Part shown: positions 25,836 through 35,775 of the stretch, piece by piece | Numbering within the stretch: position 1 is the stretch's first letter | Layout of the letters: each line of letters opens with the position of its first letter | Source: Flavobacteriales bacterium | GTDB lineage: Bacteria; Bacteroidota; Bacteroidia; NS11-12g; UBA955 | NCBI GenBank assembly: GCA_947472115.1 | Contig: CANIZU010000001.1 | Location: 1-42,455, forward strand | Reading direction: 5' to 3' | DNA: 42,455 nucleotides | Position numbers and translations under genes: made by a program | Notes under the pieces: model-generated | Told to the model about the DNA's origin: nothing | The model's database searches: none | The model's input: the letters and a program-made list of their open reading frames with translations, nothing else

Positions 25836-28559
25836 ATGGCCTCACGAAAAAAAAGTAAAGATACCAGACCCGATTTCCTACGCGATCAAGGCGATCGCAT
25901 TGAAAAAATATCGGCTAAAGATGTTTGGTCGGCCATCACCCTAAAACACGAGCCCACCCGAAAAGTTGTTGGATTTCTCTTGGTGGTTTTTGCGGCGGTT
26001 CTAGCAATCAGTTTTACCTCCTTCTTCTTTTCGTGGAAACTCGATCAGAGTTTGATGTCGCGGAGCGACGATGGCCTATCTTATTTTAATGGCGCGGCCA
26101 AGAATGCAATGGGTTACTACGGCGCCCAACTCGCGTTTAAGTTTGTCCACAATGGCTTCGGTCTCGCTGCCTATGCCCTACTGCCCTATGTAACGTTGAC
26201 AGGGCTTTTCCTTCTCTTTGATTATCGTCCGTTCTCACTGCTGCGCATCGCTGTACATACCATCTTGTTTACTGTTTGGTTCTCTTTATTTTTGGGTTTT
26301 GCGTTGCGATGGTGGCCTCTGTTGGGCGGATCCTTCGGCTTTTTTGGTAACCAGCAGATTGAAACCGCCATCGGTGGAGTGGGGTCGTTTTTTTTCCTTG
26401 CCGCCTATGCCGTGGCCTATTCTATGTTCTTCCTCAACGCCAATCCATTTGCCCGCATCAAAATGAAATACGGTCCGGATGGGGAATTGTTGGATCCTGA
26501 TTCAGATCTTGATGGATCTTGGTCGTCTGACGGAAATGCATCGTTGCGTGAAGAAAAAGCGGAGACATCGGATATAGATGAACCCTCGGGTTTTGAACCT
26601 AGCATCCATGAGGATTTTGCAGTGGATGATATAGATGAGGATGTGATTGAAGTGGAGTTGCAAGACGATACCCCGCTACTGTCGAAGGCTGAGCTTGAGG
26701 CCCTGACCCAGATATCTCTGAAAACAACAGAGACCATAGCGTCTGAAACAGTGGTTAAACCCGCCCCGCCTATCGTTGAAAAGTTTGATGATTTTGTAGT
26801 GCATCGCGGTGAAGAAGAAGAAATGGATACGGTCGCGGTGAATCAGCAGCCTCAACCCTCAGCGATTAAGGAAGAGGTGCTTCAAAAAGAGCCAGCCTTG
26901 ATATCTGAGGATCAAGAGCCAAATCCCGGCGCAGGCATAAATACTCTTTTGGGCGATGAAGACTTCCACGTTGAGGTTATGGCAGACGAAGCGGATGAGG
27001 CCGTGGATGAGAATACCGGCGACAATTCTATGGATCGGATGGGGATCGACACCGTGTACGACCCAACGCTGGAGCTGAGCAAATATCAGTTTCCGACCTT
27101 GGATCTGTTGGACGAGCATGATACGCGCAAGCAGGAAATCGACATGGTGGAGATTCAGCGGAGTAAGGACATGATTATCCAAACGCTGGAAAATTATAAA
27201 ATTGGCATTTCAAGTATCAAGGCCAGTGTGGGTCCAACCGTTACTTTGTATGAAATCGTGCCGGCGCCGGGTGTGAAAATTTCGAAGATTAAGAACCTGG
27301 AAGACGATATCGCATTGAGTTTAGCGGCCTTAGGGATACGGATTATCGCGCCGATACCCGGAAAAGGAACCATTGGTATAGAGGTGCCGAACAAGAATCC
27401 GGAGATGGTGCCGATGCGCAGTGTGTTGGCCAGCAAAAAGTTCCAGGACTGCGATTTTCAGCTACCGGTGATTTTAGGTAAGACCATTTCCAACGAAATT
27501 TTCGTGGCTGATTTGGCGAAAATGCCCCACTTGCTGATGGCAGGTGCTACAGGGCAGGGTAAGTCGGTGGGTCTGAACAGCATTTTGGTGTCGCTATTAT
27601 ACAAGAAGCATCCTGCCTATGTGAAGTTTGTGTTGGTGGATCCGAAGAAGGTGGAATTGACGTTGTTCAATAAAATTGAACGACATTTCTTGGCGAAGTT
27701 GCCGGGCGATGGCGAGGCGATTATTACCGACAATCACAAGGTTATTAATACCTTGAATAGTTTGTGTGTGGAGATGGACAATCGTTATAAGTTGCTTCAG
27801 GATGCTTTGGTGCGGAACATCATTGAGTACAATAACAAATTTTTGGCGCGGAAGCTGAATCCGAATGATGGGCATCGATTCTTGCCTTATATCGTGGTGG
27901 TGATCGACGAGGTGGCGGATTTGATGATGACTGCGGGCAAGGAGATTGAGACGCCGATTGCTCGTTTGGCGCAGCTGGCCCGTGCAATTGGGATTCACTT
28001 GATTTTGGCGACGCAAAGGCCGAGTGTGAATGTAATTACGGGGATGATCAAGGCAAACTTCCCGGCGCGGATAGCGTTTAGGGTGAGTTCTAAAATAGAT
28101 TCTCGTACGATTTTGGATGCCAATGGCGCGGATCAGTTAATTGGTCGAGGTGATTTATTATACAGCGGCGGCAACGAGGTGATCCGATTACAATGCCCAT
28201 TCGTAGATACCCCAGAAGTGGAGCGCATTGTGGACTTTATTGGTGAGCAACGGGCCTTCCCAACGGCGTATGTGTTGCCTGAGGTGAAAGAGGAGGGCGG
28301 TGTATTGAGCGGCGATGGTTTAGACTCTGGCGATTGGGATCCAATGTTTGAGGATGCGGCCCGGGTGGTGGTTTTGAACCAGGTGGGCAGTACGAGTATG
28401 ATTCAGCGCAAATTGAAGATCGGTTATAACCGGGCGGGTCGTTTGATGGACCAGTTGGAGGACGCCGGAATTGTGGGCGGGAACAATGGCAGCAAGGCGC
28501 GTCAAGTTTTGATCACCGATGAGCATAGTTTAGACCAATTTTTGAGTAATTTGCGTTAA
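25836..28559 (+). CDS. ftsK: DNA translocase FtsK
   Basis: N-terminal TM helices, acidic linker, Walker A GATGQGKS, VVIDE, ATQRPS, gamma domain STSMIQRKLKIGYNRAGR. Confidence 0.96.
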   Translation: MASRKKSKDTRPDFLRDQGDRIEKISAKDVWSAITLKHEPTRKVVGFLLVVFAAVLAISFTSFFFSWKLDQSLMSRSDDGLSYFNGAAKNAMGYYGAQLAFKFVHNGFGLAAYALLPYVTLTGLFLLFDYRPFSLLRIAVHTILFTVWFSLFLGFALRWWPLLGGSFGFFGNQQIETAIGGVGSFFFLAAYAVAYSMFFLNANPFARIKMKYGPDGELLDPDSDLDGSWSSDGNASLREEKAETSDIDEPSGFEPSIHEDFAVDDIDEDVIEVELQDDTPLLSKAELEALTQISLKTTETIASETVVKPAPPIVEKFDDFVVHRGEEEEMDTVAVNQQPQPSAIKEEVLQKEPALISEDQEPNPGAGINTLLGDEDFHVEVMADEADEAVDENTGDNSMDRMGIDTVYDPTLELSKYQFPTLDLLDEHDTRKQEIDMVEIQRSKDMIIQTLENYKIGISSIKASVGPTVTLYEIVPAPGVKISKIKNLEDDIALSLAALGIRIIAPIPGKGTIGIEVPNKNPEMVPMRSVLASKKFQDCDFQLPVILGKTISNEIFVADLAKMPHLLMAGATGQGKSVGLNSILVSLLYKKHPAYVKFVLVDPKKVELTLFNKIERHFLAKLPGDGEAIITDNHKVINTLNSLCVEMDNRYKLLQDALVRNIIEYNNKFLARKLNPNDGHRFLPYIVVVIDEVADLMMTAGKEIETPIARLAQLARAIGIHLILATQRPSVNVITGMIKANFPARIAFRVSSKIDSRTILDANGADQLIGRGDLLYSGGNEVIRLQCPFVDTPEVERIVDFIGEQRAFPTAYVLPEVKEEGGVLSGDGLDSGDWDPMFEDAARVVVLNQVGSTSMIQRKLKIGYNRAGRLMDQLEDAGIVGGNNGSKARQVLITDEHSLDQFLSNLR

Positions 28560-28567
28560 AATTTATT

Positions 28568-29311
28568 TTGATGATTTACGAGATATTGAAAGTAAAAAAA
28601 ATCGACGGGAATCGTTCGGGTTTGTCGTTGTTTAGGGCCATGGATCGTGTTGGTTTTCAGGGGATGTTATTATTTTGTTTATGCGTTTTGTCTATTGTTG
28701 GATTGAAAGCCCAGCAGCAAAATGATCCCAAGGCCGAGGCAATTTTAAAAAAGGTATCTTCGGTCTATCAGTCGTATAGCACCATCAAGGCATCGTTTAC
28801 ATTAACCACGACACCTGTCAGCGGCAGGGCTTCGGTGGAGAAGGGTAATGTTTGGTTGAAGGGTAAGAAGTTTCGCTTGGACTACGGGTCTCAGGAGATT
28901 TATTGCAATTCCATTTTTACTTGGACGTATAGTACTGAGGACGCGGAAGTAACCAAAGAAAATTTCAAGTTGCGCGACAATAGCATAACGCCTAATGAGA
29001 TATTTACCATCTATAACAAGGGTTTCAAGAGTAAGTACGAAGGTCCGATTGTTCGCAACGGCAAGAACTATGATGTAATTCAGTTGGTGCCAAAGAATGC
29101 GGCCAATTACAGTTATGTTAAGTTAGAAATCGATAAGAGTACGAATAAGATTCAGCGGGTGATTCAGCATTACAAGAACGGCACCGAGGTGGCGATAGAG
29201 GTGACGATTTTAACTCCTAACACTGCTTTGGCCGATACTTTTTTTGAGTGGAATATGGCTGCACATTCAGATGTGACTTTGGTAGATTTAACGAAGAAGA
29301 AGAAGCCATAG
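28568..29311 (+). CDS. lolA: LolA-like outer-membrane lipoprotein carrier
   Basis: Follows ftsK; signal peptide then DPKAEAILKKVS..Y, G...KGKKFRL, TWTY...EV. The true start is probably a downstream ATG such as 28640. Confidence 0.8.
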   Translation: MMIYEILKVKKIDGNRSGLSLFRAMDRVGFQGMLLFCLCVLSIVGLKAQQQNDPKAEAILKKVSSVYQSYSTIKASFTLTTTPVSGRASVEKGNVWLKGKKFRLDYGSQEIYCNSIFTWTYSTEDAEVTKENFKLRDNSITPNEIFTIYNKGFKSKYEGPIVRNGKNYDVIQLVPKNAANYSYVKLEIDKSTNKIQRVIQHYKNGTEVAIEVTILTPNTALADTFFEWNMAAHSDVTLVDLTKKKKP

Positions 29312-29361
29312 TGTGGGTGAAATGGCGCGGTAAAATCGCAACTATTTTATCACATTAAATT

Positions 29362-29389
29362 AAAGAAAAGGGCCGCAAATGCGGCCCTT
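29362..29389 (-). terminator. Intrinsic terminator for sucD (possibly bidirectional)
   Basis: AAGGGCCGCA-AA-TGCGGCCCTT (29368-29389) with an A-tract on its left side, between convergent genes. Confidence 0.8.
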
Positions 29390-29421
29390 AATATTTTAAA
29401 GAATTTGAATTATTTGTTTTC

Positions 29422-30303
29422 TTAAGCTGGCATTCTACCCAATACCTCTGCCATTTTCTTGCCGATTTCTGCAGGAGAGGCTACCACGTGAATACCGCAC
29501 TCGGCCATAATGGCCATTTTAGCAGCGGCAGTATCGTCTTTTCCGCCTACAATCGCACCGGCATGACCCATTCTGCGACCGGCAGGGGCAGTCTGACCTG
29601 CGATGAATCCAACCACAGGCTTGGTGCCATGTTCTTTGATCCAGCGAGCGGCTTCGGCTTCCATGCCACCACCAATTTCGCCAATCATGACAATGCCTTC
29701 AGTCTCAGGATCGTTCATAAACAATTCAATGGCTTCTTTGGTAGTTGTTCCGATGATCGGGTCGCCACCAATCCCAATTGCAGTACTTTGGCCCAATCCC
29801 AATTTGGTTAACTGGTCAACCGCTTCATAAGTCAAAGTACCTGACTTAGAAACAACGCCAATCGAACCTTTCTTGAAAATAAAGCCAGGCATGATGCCAA
29901 TTTTGGCTTCGCCTGGAGTGATAATTCCTGGACAGTTAGGGCCAATGAGTGTGCAATTAAATCCTTTGATATATTCGCGCACCTTCACCATGTCTTTGGT
30001 GGGAATACCTTCAGTGATACAAACGATGACTTTGATTCCGGCTTCGGCTGATTCCATGATGGCATCGGCGGCGAAAGCTGGTGGAACAAAGATAATACTG
30101 GTGTTTGCTTGTGCCTCGCGAACGGCATCTTGAACGCTGTTGAAAACAGGACGGTCGAGGTGTATACTACCGCCTTTTCCTGGAGTTACCCCACCAACCA
30201 CGTTGGTGCCGTATTCAATCATTTGTTGTGCGTGAAAAGTACCTTCGTTTCCAGTGAAACCTTGAACGATAATGCGAGAATCTTTGTTAACCAGTATACT
30301 CAT
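29422..30303 (-). CDS. sucD: Succinyl-CoA synthetase alpha subunit
   Basis: [51 protein letters not shown]. Confidence 0.97.
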   Translation of the reverse strand: MSILVNKDSRIIVQGFTGNEGTFHAQQMIEYGTNVVGGVTPGKGGSIHLDRPVFNSVQDAVREAQANTSIIFVPPAFAADAIMESAEAGIKVIVCITEGIPTKDMVKVREYIKGFNCTLIGPNCPGIITPGEAKIGIMPGFIFKKGSIGVVSKSGTLTYEAVDQLTKLGLGQSTAIGIGGDPIIGTTTKEAIELFMNDPETEGIVMIGEIGGGMEAEAARWIKEHGTKPVVGFIAGQTAPAGRRMGHAGAIVGGKDDTAAAKMAIMAECGIHVVASPAEIGKKMAEVLGRMPA

Positions 30304-30363
30304 AGTTTTATTGCTCCGCGAAAATAACACAGAAGGGCTGAATCCCAATGCGGTTGGGAGAGA

Positions 30364-30951
30364 TTATTTCTGAACGGCCTCAGTAATCTCAGGGCCCATA
30401 GGTTTTACTCCGGAAGGGTAGTAAGCCACGAGTTGACCTTGTTCGTTGATGAGGAATTTGTTGAAGTTCCATCCCACACTGGCATCTAGGGCGCCGTTTT
30501 CTGATTTGTTGCATAACCAGCGGTAAAGCGGGTGTTGTTTGCTGCCTTTGACATCGAGTTTCTCGCTGATGGGGAAGGTGACACCATAATTTTTTTGACA
30601 GAACGATGCTATTTCTGCTGCTGCGCCGGGTTCCTGCTCCATGAATTGGTTACATGGACAGCCGATGACGATGAGCTTATCGGTGAATTTTTCTGAAAGT
30701 TGCTGCAATTCCGCGTATTGGGGAGTATAACCACATTTAGAGGCTGTGTTAACGATGAGGATTTTCTTGCCTTTATATTGGGCAAGGTCTAAATTGGCAG
30801 TGCCATCCAAGGTTTTTAGTTGGATGTCGTAAAAACTTCTGGTGGCAGCACCCGCTTGACTTGGGTCGATGGTTTTGGTCTTGCCAAATACGCAGGCTGT
30901 AATTAGGGAGCCAATGGCGGCGGCAACGGAAGCGATTCTAAGGATTCTCAT
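30364..30951 (-). CDS. Cys-type glutathione peroxidase, exported (possible lipoprotein)
   Basis: VNTASKCGYTPQY, PCNQFMEQEPG, WNFNKFL. N-terminal signal MRILRIASVAAAIGSLITA-C. Confidence 0.9.
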   Translation of the reverse strand: MRILRIASVAAAIGSLITACVFGKTKTIDPSQAGAATRSFYDIQLKTLDGTANLDLAQYKGKKILIVNTASKCGYTPQYAELQQLSEKFTDKLIVIGCPCNQFMEQEPGAAAEIASFCQKNYGVTFPISEKLDVKGSKQHPLYRWLCNKSENGALDASVGWNFNKFLINEQGQLVAYYPSGVKPMGPEITEAVQK

Positions 30952-31100
30952 GTTGGAGTAACAAAGTAAAGTGAAATTTGGTTTTGTTGTAGATATAATA
31001 ACTACAGACATAATTTAGATTCATTTCAGATTTCTTATTTTTACAGTGGGTTTGTACAGCAATGTGAAAATGGCCAAATATTTTTGGTTATTTTCGTGGA

Positions 31101-31985
31101 ATGCGATTGAATTTATCGAATAGCTTAGTATTGTCTTTGGTTTTTATGTTAATAGGATTGGGGGGGCTAATTTCTTGCAGTGAGGAATTGCCGCCAGTGA
31201 TCATGACAGCCGAGGAAAAGCCCTTACTAGATACTTTTTATGTGGGTTCGGTACCTGCGGCCTCGCCAAAGAAGGTTTTATTGTTTGATGTAACAGGGGT
31301 GCGTTGTAACAACTGTCCAAAAGCCGCTGTCTTAGCAAAGAGCTTAGCCTCAAGTAATTCGGGCCGGGTAGAAGTAGTTGCACTATACCCCAAAACCCCC
31401 ATGAGTTTAACCTTTCCGTGGTCGGGATTTGATACGATGAGTACCTTGGAAGCAGACCAAATAGCCACGGCCTTAGGTGGAATTACCTCCTTGCCATTGG
31501 GGGCGGTTGACCAGGTGGCATATAACGGAAGCAAGCTGTTAAATACGAGTGATTGGGGAGCGGCAGTGACGGCCCAGTTGGGGAAAGCATCGCTATTTAA
31601 TTTAAACATCAAAAGCACTTGGAAGCCTGCCGACGGTAAATCCCGTGTAGAAATAAAAGCGGTGGCCAGCTCGACGATTTCGTCCAATTATAAATGGGTG
31701 GTGGCCATAACAGAGAGTGGTGTAAAGAGTAAGCAGTCGGACCAAGATGCCCCCGGTGGTAGCGTGGATGATTACGATCATGAGCATGCACTGCGCGGTG
31801 TTGTTGGATCTACGCTGGGAAGCGATGTCAATACATCGTCAGTCTCTGCGGGCTATACTAGAGAGAAGCATTTCTACCTTTTGCCCAAAGCGAAGTGGGT
31901 TGCTGCCAACTGCGATATTGTTGTATGGATTTACGATGCCAATACCAAAGAAGTGGTCCAAGTAGAGCGTGTTTCTTTGAAATAG
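31101..31985 (+). CDS. Omp28-related outer-membrane lipoprotein with a CxxC motif
   Basis: Lipobox LISC; KKVLLFDVTGVRCNNCPKA; ITES....Q; Y.HEHALR; EVVQV end. Confidence 0.8.
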   Translation: MRLNLSNSLVLSLVFMLIGLGGLISCSEELPPVIMTAEEKPLLDTFYVGSVPAASPKKVLLFDVTGVRCNNCPKAAVLAKSLASSNSGRVEVVALYPKTPMSLTFPWSGFDTMSTLEADQIATALGGITSLPLGAVDQVAYNGSKLLNTSDWGAAVTAQLGKASLFNLNIKSTWKPADGKSRVEIKAVASSTISSNYKWVVAITESGVKSKQSDQDAPGGSVDDYDHEHALRGVVGSTLGSDVNTSSVSAGYTREKHFYLLPKAKWVAANCDIVVWIYDANTKEVVQVERVSLK

Positions 31986-32052
31986 CTAAGAATATTTTAC
32001 ATATCTTGTGGCTTGTAGAAAGTTGCCAATTCAATTTTCTTATACATGAACA

Positions 32053-32967
32053 ATGACAATCCAGTCTCAAGCTTGGCTATCCGCCAAACAACGATTTAAG
32101 CAGTATTTGCAGCTAGAGCGTTCGCTCTCGTTGAATAGCGTGGAGGCCTACATCGCCGATTTAGACAAATTTGAGCTGTGGAGTATTTCACAAGAATGGA
32201 AAGGCCCGCTGGATATGGATCAGCAAAGGATTCAGAAATTTCCTCAATGGATTGCGGACATGGGGTTTCAAGCAACATCACAGGCCCGAATTATCAGTGG
32301 TGTGAGGTCGTTTTATAAGTTCTTGGTTATGGAAGATAGTTTGGCCGCAAGTCCCGCGGATTTTTTGGAGCCCCCCAAAACTGGACGAAAATTGCCAGTA
32401 GTCTTGAGTGAAGAGGAAATTGATGAAATGATATCGGCCATTGATAGAAGTTCAGCAGAAGGTGAGCGCAATGTGGCATTGTTAGAAACACTCTATAGTT
32501 GTGGTTTGCGGGTGAGTGAATTGGTGGGATTGCAGATCACTCAAGTACATGTCACGGAGGGTTTTGTTCAGGTGGTAGGCAAAGGCAATAAAGAACGTCT
32601 GGTGCCGGTGGGTGCTCGAGCGCTCAAACACATCCGCTTATATGTAGATCAAGTGCGAGTGCATATAAATATCAAATCTGGCGCTAGAGATATTGTATTT
32701 TTGAGTAAAAGGGGTGGGCCAATGAGTCGACAATCGGTTTTTTTATTAATCAAATCATTGGCCATCAAGGCTGGAGTCAGAAAAAATATTTCACCACACA
32801 CATTCCGTCATAGTTTTGCGACGCACCTAGTGGAGGCGGGCGCGGACTTGCGTGCTGTTCAGGAGATGTTGGGCCATGAGAGTATTACCACAACGGAAAT
32901 CTACACGCACTTGGATCGGAATTATTTGGCAGATACCCTATTGAAGTTCCATCCGAGAAGCGGATAA
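32053..32967 (+). CDS. xerD: Tyrosine recombinase XerD
   Basis: YLQLERSLS.NSVEAY..D, LYSCGLRVSEL, GKGNKERLVP, SPHTFRHSFATHL..GADLRAVQEMLGH.SITTTEIY. Confidence 0.9.
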   Translation: MTIQSQAWLSAKQRFKQYLQLERSLSLNSVEAYIADLDKFELWSISQEWKGPLDMDQQRIQKFPQWIADMGFQATSQARIISGVRSFYKFLVMEDSLAASPADFLEPPKTGRKLPVVLSEEEIDEMISAIDRSSAEGERNVALLETLYSCGLRVSELVGLQITQVHVTEGFVQVVGKGNKERLVPVGARALKHIRLYVDQVRVHINIKSGARDIVFLSKRGGPMSRQSVFLLIKSLAIKAGVRKNISPHTFRHSFATHLVEAGADLRAVQEMLGHESITTTEIYTHLDRNYLADTLLKFHPRSG

Positions 32968-33016
32968 CCAATAAAGGTATATGGGGTTGAAAATACGAAT
33001 TGACGAAAGATAATTG

Positions 33017-34291
33017 TTACAATCGTGCGTCAACCAATTCTCTTGGTAAAATCGATTTTAGATCAAAGATGACACTGTTTTCATTGGATTTAAGCGCATA
33101 AAAATCCAAGTCCATAAATTGATCGTGAGCAACAGTTAGCAAAATGGCATCGTAGGTGTTTAGCTCTGTGAGGGGCTTGATATTGTGGAGATTATACACT
33201 TGCTCTGAATTGGCATTTGGGTCATAAACATCCACAATCATACCCACTGCTCTAAGTTCATGGTACACATCGAACACTTTGGAATTTCTGATGTCTGTAC
33301 AATTCTCTTTAAACGTAAGACCCAAAATTAGGACATGCGCTCCTTGGATTGACAGGTTTTTTGCGACCATCAACTTCAACAATTTATTTGCAACAAAAAT
33401 TGCCATGTTGTCGTTGACTTTTCGTCCGCTGAGTATCACCTGCGGTTTGTGGCCGAGTTTTTCTGCTTGATACGCTAGATAATAGGGGTCAACTCCGATG
33501 CAATGTCCACCTACAAGTCCGGGTTTGAACGGAAGAAAGTTCCATTTTGTTTGAGCCGCTTCAATTACGTCGGCGGTGTCAATGTCCATCAAATCAAAGA
33601 TGAGAGCGAGTTCGTTTACGAAAGAAATGTTGACATCGCGTTGGGCATTTTCGATGGCTTTGCATGCTTCTGCCACTTTGATGCTTTTTGCCTTAAAAGT
33701 GCCAGCTAAAATTATGGAAGCATATAATTGGTCAACCATTTCCGCTATTTCTGGGGTAGATCCTGAAGTGACTTTTTTTATCGTAGTTAAAGTGTTTACA
33801 CGATCACCAGGATTTATCCGTTCAGGGGAATAGCCGCAGAAGAAATCCACATTGTATTTGAGGCCAGATGTTGTTTCTAGCAATGGAACGCAATCGTTCT
33901 CAGTGCAACCGGGGTAAACTGTGGATTCATAAATAACAATATTGCCCGGACTGATCAATGTGCCCAACATTTTTGTTGCCTCTAATAAATGGCTGAGATC
34001 GGGGAGTTTTTGTTGATCTACTGGGGTAGGGACAGTAACAATATAAATATCACAATTTTGGATTAGATTGCTATCGTCGGTAAATTCTAGTGTTACTGAA
34101 TTAGCGATTGTCGAAATTAGTTCATCGGGGTGGACTTCTTTTGTGATATCCGTTCCGCTGTTGAGTTCAGAAATTCTTTTTGAATTCAAATCAAATCCAA
34201 CAGTAGAATATTTCTTTGCAAATGCTAAGGTGAGGGGCAAGCCAACATAACCGAGTCCAATTACTGCTATTTTTTTTTCTGTAATTGACAT
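33017..34291 (-). CDS. UDP-N-acetylhexosamine 6-dehydrogenase (WbpO/TviB-like)
   Basis: IGLGYVGLPL, VPTP, ESTVYPG, YSPERINPGD, ENAQRDVNI, GGHCIGVDPYYL, GLTFKENC.DIRNS. Confidence 0.92.
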   Translation of the reverse strand: MSITEKKIAVIGLGYVGLPLTLAFAKKYSTVGFDLNSKRISELNSGTDITKEVHPDELISTIANSVTLEFTDDSNLIQNCDIYIVTVPTPVDQQKLPDLSHLLEATKMLGTLISPGNIVIYESTVYPGCTENDCVPLLETTSGLKYNVDFFCGYSPERINPGDRVNTLTTIKKVTSGSTPEIAEMVDQLYASIILAGTFKAKSIKVAEACKAIENAQRDVNISFVNELALIFDLMDIDTADVIEAAQTKWNFLPFKPGLVGGHCIGVDPYYLAYQAEKLGHKPQVILSGRKVNDNMAIFVANKLLKLMVAKNLSIQGAHVLILGLTFKENCTDIRNSKVFDVYHELRAVGMIVDVYDPNANSEQVYNLHNIKPLTELNTYDAILLTVAHDQFMDLDFYALKSNENSVIFDLKSILPRELVDARL

Positions 34292-34294
34292 GGA

Positions 34295-35323
34295 TTATTT
34301 GGTATTAGGGTCTTGCCATTGGTTCCAAGTTTTTTTACCACGTGTAAAATAGCCCAAAACAATTGAATGGTTGATGCTGCCGGTTAATTCGGCCAGAGGT
34401 TTGGATGCGATATGGGTAGGAAATTGATCTTTAATACGATTGAATTCGAGGTGGGCCTTTACTATTTGTGGGATGTGAGACCATTTGCCTTGCAGTAGAA
34501 AGAATACACCGGCTAGGCCATCGAGCAGTTTGCGGGCAAAAATTCGCATCGTCTTCTCGCTGGGGTGTAGATTTTTGTGCAACATCAGCAGGTTATTTCG
34601 GAAATTGAGAAAGGTTTTGCGCGGACTTTGGTTGGAGAGGGTGGCGCCGCCAATGTGAAAAACGCGGGAGGCGGGACAGGACCAGATGCTATATCCCATG
34701 AGTTGAAGTCGCCAGCACAAATCGATTTCTTCCATGTGGGCGAAAAAGGCGAGATCCAAGCCGGTGGCGCGTTCCCATGCTTCGCGCTTAATAAATAATG
34801 CCGCGCCGGAAGCCCAAAAAATGGGCATTGGATTGTTGTATTGGCCTTGGTTGGTTTCGACGTTGCCAAAAATCCGACCCCGACAAAACGGATACCCGTA
34901 TTTGTCGATGAATCCGCCGGCTGCGCCGGCGTATTCGAATTTGTTGCGCTTATAATAGTCGATGAGGTGCGGCTGCGCCGCACCCAAATCCGGGTGTTGC
35001 GCAACCAATTCTAGCAATGGCGTTAGCCATTGCTCATCGGGCTCCGCATCGGAATTTAACAAAATAAAATAATCCTCGGTGCACTGCTTCAATGCCTCGT
35101 TGTATCCACCCGCGTAACCGGAGTTCTCGGACAGCTGAATGAATCGAATTTCGGGGTAATGGCCAGCCATGAACTCCGCACTTCCATCGGTGGAGGCATT
35201 ATCAACCACCGTGATCGTCGCGCCCGGGTACTGACTATTCCGAATCACCGTCGGCAAGCACTGCTGCAACAGGTTTCGGGTGTTGAAATTCAGGATGACG
35301 ATATTTATGGTTGGGGATGTCAA
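34295..35323 (-). CDS. Glycosyltransferase family 2 (rhamnosyltransferase-like)
   Basis: VILNFN, VDNASTDGS, GYAGGYN, LLNSD, FEYAGAAGG, WASGAA, HMEEIDLCWR. Confidence 0.9.
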   Translation of the reverse strand: MTSPTINIVILNFNTRNLLQQCLPTVIRNSQYPGATITVVDNASTDGSAEFMAGHYPEIRFIQLSENSGYAGGYNEALKQCTEDYFILLNSDAEPDEQWLTPLLELVAQHPDLGAAQPHLIDYYKRNKFEYAGAAGGFIDKYGYPFCRGRIFGNVETNQGQYNNPMPIFWASGAALFIKREAWERATGLDLAFFAHMEEIDLCWRLQLMGYSIWSCPASRVFHIGGATLSNQSPRKTFLNFRNNLLMLHKNLHPSEKTMRIFARKLLDGLAGVFFLLQGKWSHIPQIVKAHLEFNRIKDQFPTHIASKPLAELTGSINHSIVLGYFTRGKKTWNQWQDPNTK

Positions 35324-35332
35324 AATCTTATG

Positions 35333-35731
35333 TTATTTGGCGGCCGCGGCGGAACTTGTTCCGACGGCCGCCCCGCCTTTAAAATTGTGAAAGACAAACT
35401 GTGGCTCCGGCGCTGCCATCAAAAAGACGCAACACCGAGATTTAGGATTTCCGTACGCCTTCAAAAATGCACCCAATCGCTCCTTCTGTAAAATGCCCAA
35501 CTCCAAGAATCGCTCTATCGTGGTGGCATTGATCGAATAGGGGAATCCGAATTCGTCGCGGTCCACAATCATCTCGCCAATCTTCGCCTGCTCCTGATGC
35601 GCCACATATAAAGGATGCTCCGTGAAGCCGCCATCGACCATGTCGGTGCTCACCTCCAGTAAAAAATCATTCAACTCGCCCAATTGGGCCTCCAGAGATT
35701 TTAATTGGGATTCTACGATTGGATCTGACAT
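35333..35731 (-). CDS. Hypothetical protein (132 aa, MSDPIVESQL...)
   Basis: Non-overlapping distal part of the 35333..36346 ORF with protein-like composition, co-oriented with its neighbours. Confidence 0.7.
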   Translation of the reverse strand: MSDPIVESQLKSLEAQLGELNDFLLEVSTDMVDGGFTEHPLYVAHQEQAKIGEMIVDRDEFGFPYSINATTIERFLELGILQKERLGAFLKAYGNPKSRCCVFLMAAPEPQFVFHNFKGGAAVGTSSAAAAK

Positions 35732-35775
35732 TTTTCTGGGTTTAATTTCTGGGTTTGATGATCTTGATTCGATGA

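Noticed and set aside
29422..30303. sucD without an adjacent sucC
   Set aside because: Split sucC and sucD genes are usual in Bacteroidota.
30364..30951. Possible selenocysteine in the glutathione peroxidase (or in the Mo enzyme)
   Set aside because: The active-site residues are Cys in uninterrupted ORFs, with no in-frame TGA.
32053..32967. Tyrosine recombinase as an island or integron integrase
   Set aside because: The sequence is a canonical ~300-aa XerD with no integron-integrase insertion and no attC-like cassette array.
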